DNA from: Squalus acanthias
Taxonomy: Eukaryota
NCBI GenBank assembly: GCA_030390025.1
Contig: CM059431.1
Span: 133,612,001-133,676,000 of the forward strand
Length of the DNA stretch: 64,000 nucleotides
Reading direction: 5' to 3'
In this document: one piece after another, positions 13,095 to 25,649 of the stretch
How the letters are laid out: the number at the start of each line of letters is the position of its first letter
Numbering within the stretch: position 1 is the first letter of the stretch
Notes under the pieces: generated by a model
Told to the model about the DNA's origin: nothing
Database searches by the model: none
The model's input: only the letters and a program-made list of their open reading frames with translations
Position numbers and translations under genes: made by a program

Positions 13095-15878
13095 CTATCT
13101 TTATCTTGTAGCTGATAAATCAGTACTCCCCCACTGAACACCATTTGGAAGCAGCATTGAGGGTTGCAAGAGAACAGAATGTACTCTGGATAAGGGACTT
13201 CAATGTCCATCACCAAGAGTGGCTCGAGCTGTCCGAGTCCTAAACGACATAACTGCCAGACTGGGCTTTCGGCAGGTGGTGAGAGAACCAGCACGAGGGA
13301 AAAACTTATTTGACCTCGTCCTCACCAGTTTACGTGTCACAGATGCATCTGTCCATGACAGTATTGGTAGAAGTGACGACCGCATCTTCACAATGAGGAC
13401 ACCCTCCACTGTATTGTGCGACACTACCACCGTGCTAAATGGGATAAATTCAGAACAGATCTAGCTGCTCAAAACTCCCAAACCCGCGACCTCCACCGCC
13501 TAGAAGGACAAGGGCAGCAGGCGCTTGTGAACACCATCACCTCCAAGTCACACACCATGCTGACTTATATTGCCGTTCCTTCATCTTCGCTGGGTCAAAA
13601 TCCTGGAACTTCCTCCCTAACAGCACTATGGGAGTACCTTCAACACATGGACTGCAGCGGTTCAAGAAAGTGGCTCACCACAACCTTCTCAAGGGAAATT
13701 AGGGATGGGCAATAAATGCTGGCATTGTCAGTGATGCCCACATCCCATGAACGAATAAAAAAACAAAAAAAACTGGCATCCATGAGGGGCTGTGGACCAT
13801 CAGCAGCAGCAGAATTGTATTCCACCATAATCTGTAACCTTGTGGCCCAACATATCCCTCACTCTACCATTACAATCAAGCCAGGTGACTAACCCTGGTT
13901 CAATGAAGAGTGTAGAAGAGCATGCCAGGAGCAGCACCAGGCATACCTGAAAATGAGGTGCCAACGTGATGAAGCTACAACACAGGACTACATGCATGCT
14001 AAACTGCAGAAGCAGCATGCTATAGACAGAGCTAAGTGACCCCACAATCAACGGATCAGCTCAAAGCTTTGCAGTCCTGCCACATCCAGCCATGAATGGT
14101 GATGGAAAATTGAACAACTAACGTGAGGAGGAGGCTCTGTGAACATCCCCATCCTCAATGATGGTGGGACCCAGCACGTGAGTGCAAAAGACAAGGCTGA
14201 AGTGTTTGCAACCATCTTCAGCCAGAAGTGCCGAGTGGATGATCCATCTCGGCCTCTTCCTGAAGTATCGAGCATCACAGATGCCAGTCTTCAGCCAATT
14301 CGATTCACTCCACGTGATATCAAAAAACGGCTGAGCGCACTGGATACAGCGAAAGCTATGGGTCCTGACAACATCCTGGCTGTAGTGTTGAAGACCTGTG
14401 CTCCAGAACTAGCTGTGCCTTTAGCCAAGTTGTTCCAGTACAGCTACAACACTGGCATCTACCCGACAAAGTGGAAAAATGCTCAGATATATCCTGTCCA
14501 TAAAAACCAGGACAAAATACAAAGTCAATTACCGCCTCATCATCCTATTCTCAATCATCAGCAAAGTGATGGAAGGCATCATCGACAGTGCTATCAAGCA
14601 GCACTTATGCACCAATAACCTGCTCGCTGATGCTCAATTTGTGTTCCGACTGGCCCAACTGGCTACAGACCTCATTGCAGCCTTGGTCCAAACATGGACA
14701 AAAGAGTTGAATTACAGAGATGAGTTGAGAGTGACTGCCCTTGAAATCAAGGCAGCATTTGACCAAATGTGGCACCAAGGAGGCATAAAATTGAAGTCAA
14801 TGGGGATCACAAGAAAAACTATCCACTGGCTGGATTCATACCTAGCGCAAATGAATATGGTTGTGGTTGTTGGAGGCCAATCATCTCATCTCCAGGACAT
14901 GGCTGCAGAAGTTCCTCAGAGCAGTTTCCTAGGCCCAACCATCTTCAGCTGCTTCATCAATGACCTTCCCTCCATCATAAGGTCAGAAGTGGGGATGTTC
15001 GCTGATGATTGCAGTGTTCAGTTGCATTCGCAATTCCTCAGATAATGAAGCAGTCCATGCCCACATACAGCAAGACCTGGACAACACTCAGACTTGGGCT
15101 GATAAGTGGCAAGGAACATTCACGCCACACAAGTGCCAGGCAATGACCATCTCCAACAAGAGAAAGTCTAACCACCTCCCCTTGACATTCAATGGCATTA
15201 CCATCATCGAATCGTCCACCATCAACATCTTGGGGTCACCATTGACCAGAAACTTAACTGTACCAGCCCCATAATAACTGTGGCTACAACAGCAAGTCAG
15301 AGGCTGGGTATTCTGTGGCAAGTGTCTCACCATTTTGACTCTCCAATACCCTTCCACTACCTACAAGCTACAAGTCAGGAGTGTGATGGAATACTCTCCA
15401 CTTGCCTGGATGAGTGCAGCTCCAACAATACTCAAGAAGCTCAACACCGTCCAGGACAAAGCAGCCCGCTTGATTGGCACCCCATCCACCACCTTAAACA
15501 TTCACTCCCTCCACCACCTGCGCACCGTGTACCATCCAGAAAATGCATTGCAGCAATTCCCAAGGCTTATCGATTGCACTTCCCAAACCCACAACCTCTA
15601 ACACCTAGAAGGACAAGGGCAGCAGGCACATGGGAACACCATCATCTCCAAGTTCCCCTCCAAGCCACACACCATCCTGACTTGGAAATATATTGTCGCT
15701 GGGTGAAAATCTTGGAACTCCCTACCTAACAGTACTGTGGGAGTACCTTCACCACACGGACTGCAACAGTTCAAGAATGTGGCTCACCACCACCTTATCA
15801 AGGGCAATTAGAGATGGGCAATAAATGCTGGCCTTGCCAGTGACACCCACATTCTGCAAATGAATAATTAAAAAAAAA
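13095..15878 (+). mobile_element. CR1-group LINE of the tRNA-headed family, 5'-truncated and decayed, with nested self 3' fragment (~13476-13768)
   Basis: KAMGPDNI, FINDLPSIIRSEVGMFADDC, QVRSVMEYSPLAW; tail GGGCAATAAATGCTGGCC plus A-run; colinear with 43490-45956. Confidence 0.9.
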
Positions 15879-16060
15879 ATGTTGTAGAGGAAACTATCAT
15901 CAAATTTGCCTAACTTACACACTGTATTTAATTAACTTTTTTTTAATTTGTTTATGGGATGTGGGCATCGCTGGCAAGGCCAGCATTTATTGCCCATCCC
16001 TATGTGCCAGTGGAGCATTTTCCCCAATTCCCATTGACTTCAGTATTACTAGGGCTCCTT

Positions 16061-16609
16061 CCTCTTTTGATAAACCAACAACTGTAACTCAATAAAACTT
16101 TAAAGGAAACTTAAATTAAATTAAAATTTGGTGGTCCGGGGTGACGATGCACTCCAGTCCCCACGGCGCCCACCGGTCGCGGAAAAACTCAAGCGTGCCG
16201 GTGGACACCACGTGCTCCATCTCCAGGGCCACCCGGGCGCGAACATGGCCGCGGAAGAGAGGCAGGCAATCGGGCCGAACGACCCCCTCGACCGCCCGCT
16301 GCCTGGACCAATTAATGGCTTTCTTAGCCAGGCCCAAGAGCAGTCCCACGAGGAGGTCCTCCGACCTGCCCGCTCCCCTCCGCACCGGGTGACCGTAGAT
16401 CAGGAGCGTGGGGCTGAAGTGCAACCAGAAATTGAGGAGCAGCCCCTTCAAGTAATGAAAGAGGGGCTGCAACCTCTCACACTCTACATAAACATGAAAC
16501 ACGGACTCTTCCAGGCCGCAGAAATGGCAAGCGGCCTGGGAGTCCGTAAACCTACTTAACAAACTATTGCACGGGACTGCTCCGTGCAACACCCTCCAGG
16601 CCAAATCCC
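16061..16609 (-). mobile_element. Tx1/L1-clade LINE 3' fragment (C-terminal zinc-knuckle region)
   Basis: DLAWRVLHGAV..CHFCGLEESVFHVYVEC; 14-bp TSD TACTAGGGCTCCTT at 16047-16060 and 16610-16623. Confidence 0.88.
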
Positions 16610-18229
16610 TACTAGGGCTCCTTGATGCCACACTTGGTCAAATGCTGCCTTGATGTCAAGGGCAGTCACTCTCACCTCATGCTCAATATATTGTTCCAAC
16701 TGTATAATGCTAATGCCTGTCAAGATTTATAAACGTGGGAATTTAAGTTTTTTCAGATGCAGTTAATAATCCATTTGTAATTATCTTAACTTTATGCATC
16801 AAGTTAGATGTAGATGTCATACTCAATTAACATATATTTGATAACAACCTATTAAGATTATAAAGCTGAGTTTTAGTATTAAAGGAGCAAGTATTAAAGC
16901 AATTAATCTTATTTACATATGTAAATTACATTGAAGCAGCAGTTTCATTAATATTCTATTATTAAGCAGATTTTCAGAAGTTTATCCCAAAGTTGCTTCT
17001 TCTAATTTCATTTTGCCCTAGTTGCTCCTATACTTTGACTATGTTCAAACTGTAGAATTTGAAAAATGCAATGCATGAAAGTGTTTAACTTTTGTACAAT
17101 AGTTTTAATACTGGTAAAAGGGACAAGTGGTGAAGTTCAACACATTTTGTTTCTTTCAGAACAAGGTATGGAGCAATGTCATTTCTTTCTTCTCGGACAA
17201 AGGCTTACAGTGGTGCAACAGAAATGAGGTCAGCCAAAAGCATGGGAACGGCACCAAAACAATTTGATAAAAACTCATATGTTTAACAAAAGCTTTGCAT
17301 TAAAAGAAAGATGGAGATGTAATGCTTATTTAATCAACTCCAGTTCACAGGAAGATTTCCTTTCACTCATAAAATAACCTAATAACATTTACTGTTCACA
17401 ATGACTGCAAAAACTGCAAAATACAGGCTTTGTAAAATGTGCTAATTCATTTTCCTTTACAAAAACCTTCACCCTTATTTAGTTAATTTCACCTAAGAAC
17501 CTAGTATTATTACTGACATTTTTGAAAGATGTAAAACGTGATGGTACTGTACATTTGTTATTTTCACATAAAATTACACTGAATGCTAAGGTTAACTTGC
17601 AACCGCTATAAATAGATTTCTGTATTCATGGGAATGAGAGAACAATAAATAGTTTACTGCCAAATATCAAAACTTCCTTTTGAACCCTAAGTGACTGATT
17701 ATGTAAGGTTGTCTGGCAGTGACTGGAAATGCTAAACTACCTTATTTTCCACTAGTTAATGCCTATTATACCTGGATTGTAATGTCATTTCAGTCTATTC
17801 ATACCTTTGATAATTGGCATTTTTAAGGCAAAAAAATTAAATTAATGCAACTACTACCTCTGATTGGAGAATAAATAGAACAGTGACAGATAGCATCTCT
17901 CTCCAGATATCTCCTTCCTCATTTAAAACAAATGGATGAAGGTCCAGAAATGCAAGTAAGGTTCATTGTTCACTTGATTGCATTCCATCTTTATTTCTCA
18001 ACCCTTGCATACACTTGTCCACAGTGGGTAATGTACTACCACCTTTAACCAGAAAATAAATGACTTGCCAAAACTTTGAATCGTGCCAGGTTGACCCAGT
18101 TACCCTCTAGGTAATGCTTTATTACTGAGTTGATTTTGCAATTTTGTAAAGAAAAACATTCAGAAAGTTGTGAAGTCATTGTACAGTTCTGCTCATAGTA
18201 CATACAAGAGATTTAATTGGGTTTTACAT

Positions 18230-19800
18230 TGAATTACATAGAATATACAGCACAGAAACAGGCCATTCGTCCCAACTAGTTTCTGCTGGTGTTTATACTC
18301 CACACGGGTCTCCTCCCATTATATCTAACACATCTCAGCCTTCCAGCATATCATTCTATTCCCTGTTCTCTCATGCACTCATCTAGTTTCCTTTTGAAAG
18401 CATCTAAGCCATTTACCTTAACTACTTCCTGTGGTAGCGAGTTCCACATTCTAACCACTCTGAATAAGGAAATTTCTCCTTATTTACACAGGAGCATAGG
18501 TACAGGAGTAGGTCATTTAGCCCCTCGAGCCTGTTCCGTCATTCAATGAGATCATGGCTGATCTGTGACCTAACTCCATGTACCCGCCTTTGCCCATATC
18601 CCTTAATACCTTTAGTTAACAAAAAGCTATCAATCTCAGATTTAATATTAACAATTGATCTAGCATCAATTGCCATTTGCAGAAGAGAGTTCCAAACTTC
18701 TACCACCCTTTGTGTGTAGAAGTGTTTCCTAATTTCACTCCTGAAAGGTCTGGCTCTAATTTTCAGACTCTGTTCCCTAGTCCTAGTCTCCCCAACCAGC
18801 GGAAATAGTTTCTCTCTCTCTACCCTATCTGTTCCCCTTACTATCTTGAAAACTTCGATCAGATCACCCCTTACCTTCTAAATTCCAGGGAATACAACCC
18901 TAGTTTGTGTAATCGCTCCTCATAATTTAGCCCCTGGAGTCTAAGTAACATTCTGGTAAACCTATGCTGTACTCCCTCTAATATATCCTTCCTAAGGTGT
19001 GGTGCCCAGAACTGCTCACAGTACTCCAGGTGTGGTCTAACCAGGGCTTTGTACAGCTGCAGCATAACTTCTACCCCCTTGTATTCTAGTCCTCTAGATA
19101 TAAAGGTCAGCATTCCATCAGCCTTCTTGATTATTTTCTGTACCTGTTCATGACATTTCAATGATCTATGTACCTGGATTCCCAAGTCTCTTTGGACCGC
19201 CACAGTTTTTAGCTTTTCACTATTTAGAAAGTACCCTGTTCTATCCTTTTTAGGTCCAAAATGGATGACCTCACATTTGCCTACATTGAAATTCATTTGC
19301 CACAGTTTTGCCCATTCACTTAATCTATCAACCTCTCCAACCCATTCATAATTTTAAATATCTCTATCAGATCACCTCTAAGTCTTCTTTTTATAAAGAA
19401 AAAAGCCCCAACCCATTCAAATTTTCCCGATAGCTGTATTCTCTCAGTTCTGCTACCAGCTTTGTAAATCTTTTTTGCACTTTCTCCACTGCTTCTATTT
19501 CCCTTTTATAGTATGGATACCAGAGCTGTGCACAGTACCCTAAGTGTGACCTGACCATGGTCCGATACAAGTTTAACATAAATTCATTATTTTTGAATTC
19601 TATACCCCTAGATATAAATCCCATTGCTTTGTTAGCATTTTTAATTGCTTGGCTAACCTGCAAAGCTGCTTTCAATGATTTGTTCCCTTTGCTCTTCTAC
19701 CCCATTCAGTTTCTTATTTGCTAAGATGTAGATGATGTTTCTATTTTTCCTACTAAAGTGTATCACCTCACATTTATCTGTTAAAGTTAATTTGTCACTT
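18230..19800 (-). mobile_element. Cluster of three CR1 3' fragments (~18230-18480, 18486-19330, 19331-19800)
   Basis: ORFs 18871..19296 and 19391..19675 with KCEVIHF and LVRPHLEYC motifs. Confidence 0.85.
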
Positions 19801-20889
19801 AACTGCCCAGGTTTCTTACACAGTTGCATATCCATTATACAGATGAAGTCCAAATAGCGAAGATCTAAATTGCACTGGATCAAAATAGGTGTTTATAATA
19901 AATGCACACTGTACTTTTTCAAAAGCATTGTTTGGGAGTTACACAAAACATGTTACAGACTGCATATATTATATAAAAATATTTATATGGACTAGTCCTT
20001 AAACACAATATCACTGTTATGAGAGGATATGAATGTTACATCAGAGAAAAGAACTTGCTGTCTATTGATAACAATCATGCCAAACAGTTTCAGAGAAAGT
20101 AAAAATATCTCCCCAGCTTTCATCTTTTGGGTTTGTAAGATATATTTCTCATTTGGAAATTTTCTGCTTCATTTGAGGTTACTAGTGGTACTATTATAAA
20201 AGCTAAGTTCACATTCAAACAGCCAACACAAAGAATAGCTTGCCATGGGATACCTCACCTCTCGCCCTCAATTACTTCCTTCAATTGATGAAAGATGTTG
20301 GTTTCTAGACATTCATACAACCCATCTATTAGGACTCTGATCTGGTGAATGAGCAGACTATTTATGCTTACTCACCCATTGCATCTTTAGGAAGTCACGC
20401 ACATGCTGTGACATACCATTTGTTTCTTGCAATAATGATGTGATGCGGAACTCCTTCCCGACATTCTGGTTGCAGATCAGATTTGGTGCTTCTGGCATAT
20501 GTCCTTATAGACATGTCTCTCCATAAGACAGTGGAAGCCTTTATACTAATATCATTTGCCACAACAAAAATGTCACATAATAGGCAGCTAATTGAGTATT
20601 ATTGATTGATGGTTTAATGAAGTGGAGAAAGCAGCAAGTTTAAGGTCAGTTATAAATTGTCTGAAACAGCTAATTTGTCAACATTAGTGCAGAGTAAGCC
20701 TGTCTCTGTTCCGAAGAAGGTGCGGTAGGTTGTGATCCTGGCCCAAAACTGACTGCAGACTTTGTGAAAAGGATCAGGTCCTGCAGCTGATTATTCAAAA
20801 AACAAAATGACTTTTGCTGAAGTAGTCTGAAAACAACAGCTACTGTATTTTTTTTAAACAAAAACAAACCAATATGTCGAAATAAACTT

Positions 20890-21133
20890 TGAAGGAAAAA
20901 TGGCTGTCGGATGTCATGAAAACCCAACTGGTTCATTAATATCCTTTAGGGAAGGAAACCTGCCATCCTTACCTGGTCTGGCCTATATGTGACTCCAGTG
21001 TCACCAATGTGGTTTACTCTTAATTGCCCTCTAAAGTGGCCTAGCAAGCCACTCAGTTGTACCAAACCTGGGATGGGCAATAAGTGCTGGCATTGCAAGC
21101 AATGCCCACATCTCGAGAATGAATTAAACAAAA
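20890..21133 (+). mobile_element. SINE-like internal-deletion derivative of the tRNA-headed LINE (5' leader joined to 3' tail; tRNA head missing here)
   Basis: 20900-21056 aligns with 42935-43092, then joins directly to GGGATGGGCAATAAGTGCTGGC, the LINE 3' tail. Confidence 0.8.
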
Positions 21134-21389
21134 GAATTGGGCCACTGTGTCCATCCTCACCTCCAACAACATGTATGAGGAGCTTATCTACTTCTTTGTC
21201 TCGAAGATTGAGACCATCCGTTGAGACTGTCTCTGCCGCTTCCCTCCCTTCATCCAGCCCACCAAGCCAAACCTCCCCAGGTTCCCCCTGCCCTAGTCTT
21301 CAACTTGCATCTTTCTCTAGTTTCTCTCTTATCTCCCTTCATGCCCTCTCCGAGCTCATCTTGTCCATGATCCCTCGACCCTATTCCCA

Positions 21390-22176
21390 CAGAAAGGCAG
21401 ACTATTATCTGAATGGCAATAGATTGGGAGAAGGGGAAGTGCAACGAGACCTGGGTGTCCTTGTGCACCAGTCGCTGAAAGTAAGCATGCAGGTGCAGCA
21501 GGCGGTGAAGAAGGCAAATGGTATGTTGGCCTTCATAGCGAAAGGGTTTGAGTATAGGAACAGGGATGTCCTGCTGCAGTTGTACAGGGCCTTGGTGAGA
21601 CCACACCTTGAGTATTGTGTGCAGTTTTGGTCGCCTTATCTGAGGAAGGATGTTCTTGCCATGGAGGGAGTTCAGCGAAGATTCACAAGGCTGATACCTG
21701 GGATGGCAGGAATGACATATGAGGAGAGATTGGGTCGATTGGGCTTATACTCGCTGGAGTATAGAAGAATGAGAGGGGATCTCATCGAAACATATAAAAT
21801 TCTGACAGGTCTGGACAAACTAGATGCAGGAAGAATGTTCCCGGTGGTCGGAGAGTCCAGAACCAGGGGTCATAATCTAAGGATAGGGGGTAAGCCATTT
21901 AGGACAGAAATGAGGAGGAATTTCTTCACCCAGAGAGTGGTGAACCTGTGGAATTCTCTACCACAGAAGGTAGTTGAGGCCAAGTCATTAAATATATTCA
22001 AGAATGAGTTAGATATATTTCTTAAAGCTATAGGTATCAAGAGATATGGGGAGAAGGCAGGGACAGGGTACTGAGTTTGGATGATCAGCCATGATCTCAT
22101 CGAATGGCGGAGCAGGCTCGAGGGGCCGAATGGCCTACTCCTGCTCCTATCTTCTATGTTTCTATGTTTCTATGTT
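21390..22176 (+). mobile_element. Young CR1 3' fragment
   Basis: Uninterrupted ORF2 C-terminus to 22074; (TTCTATGT)n tail; CCCAC on both sides. Confidence 0.92.
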
Positions 22177-22824
22177 TCCCACCAAACTGCTGACCACCTA
22201 ACTTCCCTTCCTGGCCCCCATGTTAGCTGATATTGTTAACGGTCTCCTCTCCTCAGGTACAGTCCCCCACCCTTTCAAATCTGTCGTCATCAACCCCTCC
22301 TCAAAAAAACACTCTTGACTCCTCTGTCCTTGTAAATTACCACCCCATCTCCAACCTTTCATCCTCTCCCAAATCCTTGAATGTGTTGTTGCCTCAAATC
22401 CATGCCCACCTTTCCTGAAACTCCTTCAATCAGTTTTCTGCTCCTGCCACAGCACTTATCAAAGTCACAAATGACATCCTATGTGACTGTAACCATGGTG
22501 AACTATCCTTCCTAATCGTTCTCGACCTGTCTGCAGCCTTTGACACGGTTAACCACACCATCCTTCTCAAACGCCTCTCCTCCGTTGTCCAACTGGGTGG
22601 GACTGCCCTCACCTGGTTCTATTGCTATCTATCCAGTTGTAGACAGAGAATCCCCTGCAATGGCTTCTCCTCCCACTCCCACACCATTACCTCTGGAGTC
22701 CCCAAAGGATCTATCCTTGACCGCTCCTATTTCTCATCTACATGCTGCCCCTCGACGACATCATCCAAAAACACAGCGTCAGGTTCCACATGGACGCTGA
22801 CGACACCCAGCTCTATCTCACCAC

Positions 22825-22993
22825 CATTGTTCCCTCTAAGCTGCGCATGTGCTTGGCTGCGCAGTAATCTGCAACGTCCCGCGCAGGCTGCTCACAACCT
22901 TTTACATTGAAAATACTGCGTTTGCACAGACTGGGACTGCGCGTTGAAAGAAACAGGCCGCGAAGAACAAAGTGCAGCTTACAGGGAACATTG
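22825..22993. mobile_element. hAT-like MITE, copy 2
   Basis: TIR CATTGTTCCCTCTAAGCTGC / GCAGCTTACAGGGAACATTG; 8-bp TSD CTCACCAC / CTCACCGC. Confidence 0.85.
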
Positions 22994-23388
22994 CTCACCG
23001 CCACCTTTCTTGACCACTCCACTGTCTCTAATTTGTCACACTTCTTGTCTGACATCTAGTACTTGATGAGCAGAAATTTCCTCCAATTAACTATTGAGTA
23101 GACCAAAGCCATTGTCTTTGGTCCCCGCCATAAACTCCTTGACCTAGCCACCAACTCCCTCTCCCTGGCAAATGCCTGAAGCTGAACCAGACTGTTCGAA
23201 ACCTCGGCATCCTATTTGATCCTGAGCTGAGCTTCTGACCCCATATCCTCTCCATCACCAAGACCATCACAGTAATGCCAACTCTCGCAAATTAATCGCA
23301 AGACAGACGATTTATATTGAAAATTTACCTCACCTCGTGATCTCACGATTTAACTGTGAAAAGTCATGATTCTTTTCCTACTTTATTA

Positions 23389-24135
23389 CATACGAACATA
23401 CGAATTAGGAGCAGGAGTAGGCCACTCGGCCCCTCGAGCCTGCTCCGCCATTCAATAAGATCATGGCTGATCTGATTACTCCACATTCCCGCCTACCCCT
23501 GATAACCTTTCATTCCCTTGCTTATCAAGAATCTATCTACCTCTGCCTTAAAAATATTCAAAGACTCTGCTTCCACCGCCCTCTGAGGAAGAAAGTTCCA
23601 AAGACTCACGACTCTCTGTGAGAAAAAATTTCTCCTCATCTCTGTCCTAAATGGGTGACCCCTTATTTTTAAACAGTGACCCCTAGTTCTAGATTCTCCC
23701 ACAAGAGGAAACATCCTCTCCACATCCATCCTGTCAAGACCACTCAGGATCTTATATGTTTCAATCAAGTCACCTCTTCATCTTCTAAACTCCAGCAGAT
23801 ACAAGCCTAGCTTGTCCAATCTTTCCTCATAAGACAACCCGCCCATTCCAGGTATTAGTCTAGTAAACCTTCTCTGAACTGCTTCCAACGCATTTATATC
23901 CTTCCTTAAATAAGGAGACCAATACTGTACACAGTACTCCAGATGTGGTCTCACCAATGCCCTGTATAACTGAAGCATAACCTCCCTACTTTTGTATTCA
24001 ATTCCCCTCGCAATAAACAATTACATTCTATTAGCTTTCCTAATTACGTGCTGTAGCTGCATACTAACCTTTTGCGATTCATGCACTAGGACACCCAGAT
24101 CCCTCTGCATCTCAGAGCTCTGCAATCTCTCACCT
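23389..24135 (-). mobile_element. CR1 3' fragment
   Basis: ORFs 23493..23768 and 23778..24020. Confidence 0.9.
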
Positions 24136-24139
24136 TATT

Positions 24140-24422
24140 AATCTTCGTTACGCCTCCTGATGATTGACTACTGTGGGACATGTGGGTTTGATCAGGCCAA
24201 TCAGCTGTAAGATTCTTTGAATGACAGCTGTTCACAGATCTGGCAGTTAATTGACAGCAGAGGGACCCAATCACAAAGCAAAGTGATGGGTAGCAGCCAA
24301 TGGAAGAGCAAGGAAGGCGGTCCCGCGGCCACCATTTTGTGAACTGGGGGTGGTCGGAGTCAGTCCGCGTTTCTCCCTTCCCCGGGCCGAGCTGCGTTGT
24401 GACGGTACTGTGCACGGCGAGG
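24140..24422 (+). promoter_or_regulatory. Housekeeping-type promoter/5' UTR relic
   Basis: CCAAT boxes at 24197, 24267 and 24297; YY1-like GCCACCATTTT at 24328-24338; locally CpG-rich leader before the ATG at 24423. Confidence 0.55.
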
Positions 24423-24520
24423 ATGGTGAAGCTCCTCGTGGGGAAGCTGTCCTGGAAGTGTGGCGGGACGAGATCCGGCCATTGTTCGAGCAGTTCGGCA
24501 GAGTCAGCGAGTGCGATCTG
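24423..24520 (+). pseudogene. RBM4/Lark-like first coding exon (start of RRM1) with a 1-nt deletion
   Basis: Restoring one base at codon 10 gives MVKLLVGKLSLEVWRDEIRPLFEQFGRVSECDL, versus the RBM4 start as I recall it, [33 protein letters not shown]; good Kozak context (AGGATGG); followed by GTGAGT donor. Confidence 0.7.
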
Positions 24521-24604
24521 GTGAGTGTGAGACTTGGGAGGGAGGGAGGAGAGATGGTGGGGAGTGACAGGGAAATGGGGCACAGAGAAAGGAATGGGAG
24601 AAAG

Positions 24605-25135
24605 AAGGGTTTGAGCATCTGCTCCCAATTTGGATCTGGCGAGTTTCTGGATCAAGTTGACCCTACTCTTTAGTTTCTCCCAAGGTTCTGGAGATGTTGT
24701 CTATATGACAGGGTGCGATCAAGCACGACTCCTAAATAGGAGGGATTTTTTGGCATGGTTTACCTCTGCGCCGCAAAAGGAGACTTTCAAAGCTTGGTTT
24801 GCTTGATGGGTGTTGAGGTGGAATGTCGAGGTGACAGTCTTTTGCGGGTTTGGCCGAAGTTGCCATCAGCCTCCATCCTCTGTAAACCACTGGTCAGGAT
24901 CTCCTCAGTGATGGACAGATTCATGTTTTGTGTGGCCAAGGCAATGTCATCAGCATACGAACTTGCGGGACTCAGTTTCAGGCTGGTCACTGATGTAAAC
25001 GTTGAATATCATGGGTGCCAGGACAGAACACTGTGGGAGTCCGTTGTTCAACATCCTATATCTGCTCTTCTGGGTGCCAGTGTACACACGGAAGTGTGTA
25101 AAATGAATTGATTTGGTACTGTGCACTGCCATTAT
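24605..25135 (-). mobile_element. Vingi/Ingi-like LINE RT fragment
   Basis: NGLPQCSVLAPMIFNVYISDQP, YADDIALA, SRVNLIQKLARSKLGADAQTL. Confidence 0.75.
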
Positions 25136-25649
25136 ATACTTGGATTAAACTCATGCCTGGGTGAAGTATTTATCCAGAGCCAAGCACCTTGCAAACAATG
25201 GAACACTTATCTAATCTTGCTGCAGGAAATGACATCTCAAGCCAATTAAATCCACATCAATCAGGATGAGGTGTGCTGGCGATTAGGGTTAATCCTGGAG
25301 GCTGAGTATCATTGAACAGTTATCAATGAGATTCTCTTGGCTGTCATTGTGTGCGAATTGTGTCTTACACTACAGCAGTGTACAGTGGTACAACAGATCA
25401 AAGGGAGATTAAACTCAACGGTGTGATTGGCTAGAACCGCATTAATAAACTTAACCTCAAAGAGTTGCCTTTGATATCTTTGGTTGTCTTTTTTGAATCT
25501 TCATCTTGCTCCCAAACACAGGTTTACATTAACTCTGAACCTTGGAAGAATGCTCCTTACTACACCAGTGTGACATATGAACATTCTATTTTTCTCTTCT
25601 CTCTGAATTGAACGGGAGATTTCTGCTTAATTTAATGGATAGAAAATTA

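Larger units (their letters stand above)
21140..23270 (+). mobile_element. L2 LINE with nested CR1 and hAT-like MITE
   Basis: [36 protein letters not shown] segments. Confidence 0.82.

Noticed and set aside
20989..22074. 361-aa ORF
   Set aside because: Chance in-frame join of SINE, L2 and CR1 fragments; the same applies to 36282..36818 and 10175..10930.
24350..24673. 107-aa ORF as an intact RRM protein
   Set aside because: Only its middle matches the RRM; the true start is in another frame and the end runs through a splice donor into a Vingi fragment.
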